This document shows positions 61,752 to 64,000 of a stretch of DNA of 64,000 nucleotides, one piece after another. Both the position numbers and the translations under genes were made by a program. Origin of the DNA: Octopus sinensis (taxonomy: Eukaryota); NCBI RefSeq assembly GCF_006345805.1, contig NW_021836169.1, forward strand, positions 1-64,000, written 5' to 3'. Each line of letters starts with the position of its first letter. Positions within the stretch are counted from its first letter, which is position 1. The notes below the pieces were generated by a model. That model had not been told where the DNA came from. It was given only the letters and a program-made list of their open reading frames with translations, and did no database searches.

Positions 61752-62624
61752 ATATATATTATATATATATATATATATAGATATATATATGTATGGTATA
61801 TGTTTGTGTGTCTGTGTTGTCCCCCCCTAGCATTGCTTGACAACCGATGCTGGGGTGTTTACATTCCCACAATATAGCGGTTCTGCAAAAGAGACCGATA
61901 GAATAAGTACTGGGCTTACAAAGAATAAGTCCGGGGTCGATTTGCTCGACTAAAAGGCGGTGCTCCAGCATGGCCGCAGTCAAATGACTGAAACAAGTAA
62001 AAGAGAGTATATATATATATTCAATTCAAGGACCAAACAATTAAAAAAAAAACAGAAAAAAAGAAAAAACCAACATGAGGATGTTCACAAACAATTATAT
62101 TAATTTGGCGCTCGGTGAAGGGGGGAGGTGTTGTTAAGTTTTCAAGCAAGGCTTTTCGTCGGAAGAGAGGGAAGTCCGATGAGTAAGGAGGGAAAATAGA
62201 GAAAAACTCACCCACAATCCACAGGTCGTTAAGATTGTGTAATTAACCCGGAACCATGTGTTTGGGAAACATGCTTCTTACCACACAGCCAAGCCTGTGA
62301 TATTATATATGTATATGTGTATATGTGTGTGTGTGTGTGTATATATATACACACATACATATATACATATACATATATATATGTATGTGTGTGTATGTAT
62401 ATATACTCTTTTACTCTTTTACTTGTTTCAGTCATTTGACTGCGGCCATGCTGGAGCACCGCCTTTAATCGAGCAACTCGACCGAGGGACTTATTCTTTG
62501 TAAGCCCATTACTTATTCTACCGGTCTCTTTTGCCGAACCGCTAAGTGACGGGGACGTAAACACACCATCATTGGTTGTCAAGCAATGCTAGGGGGACAA
62601 ACACAGACACACACACACATACAT

Positions 62625-63560
62625 CATCATCATCATCATTTAATGTCCGCTTTCCATGCTAGCATGGGTTGGACGGTTCAACAGGGGTCTGGGGAGCCCG
62701 AAGGCTGCACCAGGCCCAGTCTGATCTGGCAGTTTTTCTACAGCTGGATGCCCTTCCTAACGCCAACCACTCCGAGAGTGTAGTTGGTGATTTTATGTGC
62801 CACCGACACAGGTGCCAGACGAGGCTGGCGAACGGCCACGCTCAGATGGTGTTTTTTTTTTGTGCCACCAACACAGGTGCCTGACGAGGCTGGCAGACGG
62901 CCACGCTCGGATGGTGTTTTTTTTTTGTGCCACCAACACAGGTGCCTGACGAGGCTGGCAGACGGCCACGCTCGGATGGTGTTTTTATGTGCCACCGACA
63001 CAGGTGCCAGATGAGGCTGGCGAACGGCCACGATCGGATGTTGTTTGTTTCGTGCCCACAGCACGGAGGCCAGTCGATGCGGTACTGGCTACGGCCACGT
63101 TCGGATGGTTTTCTTGTGTGCCACCGGCACTGGTACCATAAAGATACAAATTCCATTGATGTTCATCTATTTTATTTTGATTTTCACTTTCACTTGCCTC
63201 AACAGGTCTTCACAAGTGTCACAAGAAGGAAGGTATGCACAGGTGGACTGACTACGTCCCAGGTTGGGGCCACGGATTATGGCCTGACTAGTCTTGCCGG
63301 GTCTTCGGATGGTGTTTTTATGTGCCACCGACACAGGTGCCGGATGAGGCTGGCGTACGGCCACGTTCAGATGGTTTTCTTGTGTGCCACCGGCACTGGT
63401 ACCACAAAGATACAAATTCCATTGATGTTCATCTATTTTGATTTGTTTTGATTTGATTTTCACTTGCCTCAACAAGTGTCACAAGAAGGAAGGTATGCAC
63501 AGGTGGTCTGACTATGTCCCAGGTAGGGGCCACGGGTTAAGGCCTGACTAGTCTTGTGTA
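62625..63560 (-). mobile_element. Family D element with ~5-6 internal 60-65 bp subrepeats and a duplicated distal block
   Basis: CACAGGTGCC..ACGAGGCTGGC..ACGGCCACGCTCGGATGG repeats at 62800-63130. The TTTCACTTGCCTCAACA...GACTAGTCTTG block occurs at ~63190 and ~63458. Confidence 0.75.
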
Positions 63561-63628
63561 GATATATATATATATATGTGAATGTATGTGTGTATTTGTA
63601 TGTGTGTGTGCCTGTTTGCGTATCTGTG

Positions 63629-63674
<46 letters not shown>

Positions 63675-64000
63675 TGTATATGTGTGTATCTCACACACAT
63701 ACATATATCATACACACATACACACACACACACACCACTAACAATGGTGAAAGTGTTGTGTGCCATTTGCTATCCTCTCTGTACAACCACTTCAGTTTTT
63801 TCTGCGAAAACGGCTTCATGGATACTGACTGACCTTTCACACATTACCAGTATACTTTCATCATCATCGTCTTTGTTTAACGTCCGCCTTCATCACACCA
63901 ACCAACCAACCGGTAAAGTGGACTGAGTACTTTTTACGTGCCACAAGCATGTGTACAGGCTTCTTTCAGTTTCCGTCTACCAAATCCACTCACAAGGCAT

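Overview
Repeat-dominated eukaryotic DNA. The repeat families look like those I recall from Octopus (coleoid cephalopod); this species assignment is from memory, not a database search. Most of the window is microsatellite plus four or five interspersed tRNA-derived SINE or RTE-tail families. Most listed ORFs are translations of simple repeats. Recognisable coding remnants are all transposon-derived: mariner (x3), a Tc1-like element with DD36E spacing, a DD37D maT element, a Helitron PIF1 helicase fragment, Tx1-like L1 3' ends, an R4/Dong REL endonuclease, and a zinc-finger LINE end. Three things stand out. (1) A ~7.5 kb head-to-tail train of six same-strand Helitrons (7209-14758); in one of them the 5' terminal 157 bp is amplified ~22 times in front of a single 3' end. 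(2) Several Penelope-type hammerhead ribozyme motifs, including a 130-bp palindrome made of two back-to-back hammerheads (61622-61751) and a tRNA-head plus hammerhead composite. (3) A few unique-sequence islands that may be exons of a + strand host gene, the best being a 1.2 kb His/Gln/Pro-rich open frame with splice signals (40488-41731). No host gene could be named. No rRNA, bona fide tRNA or CRISPR array was seen.
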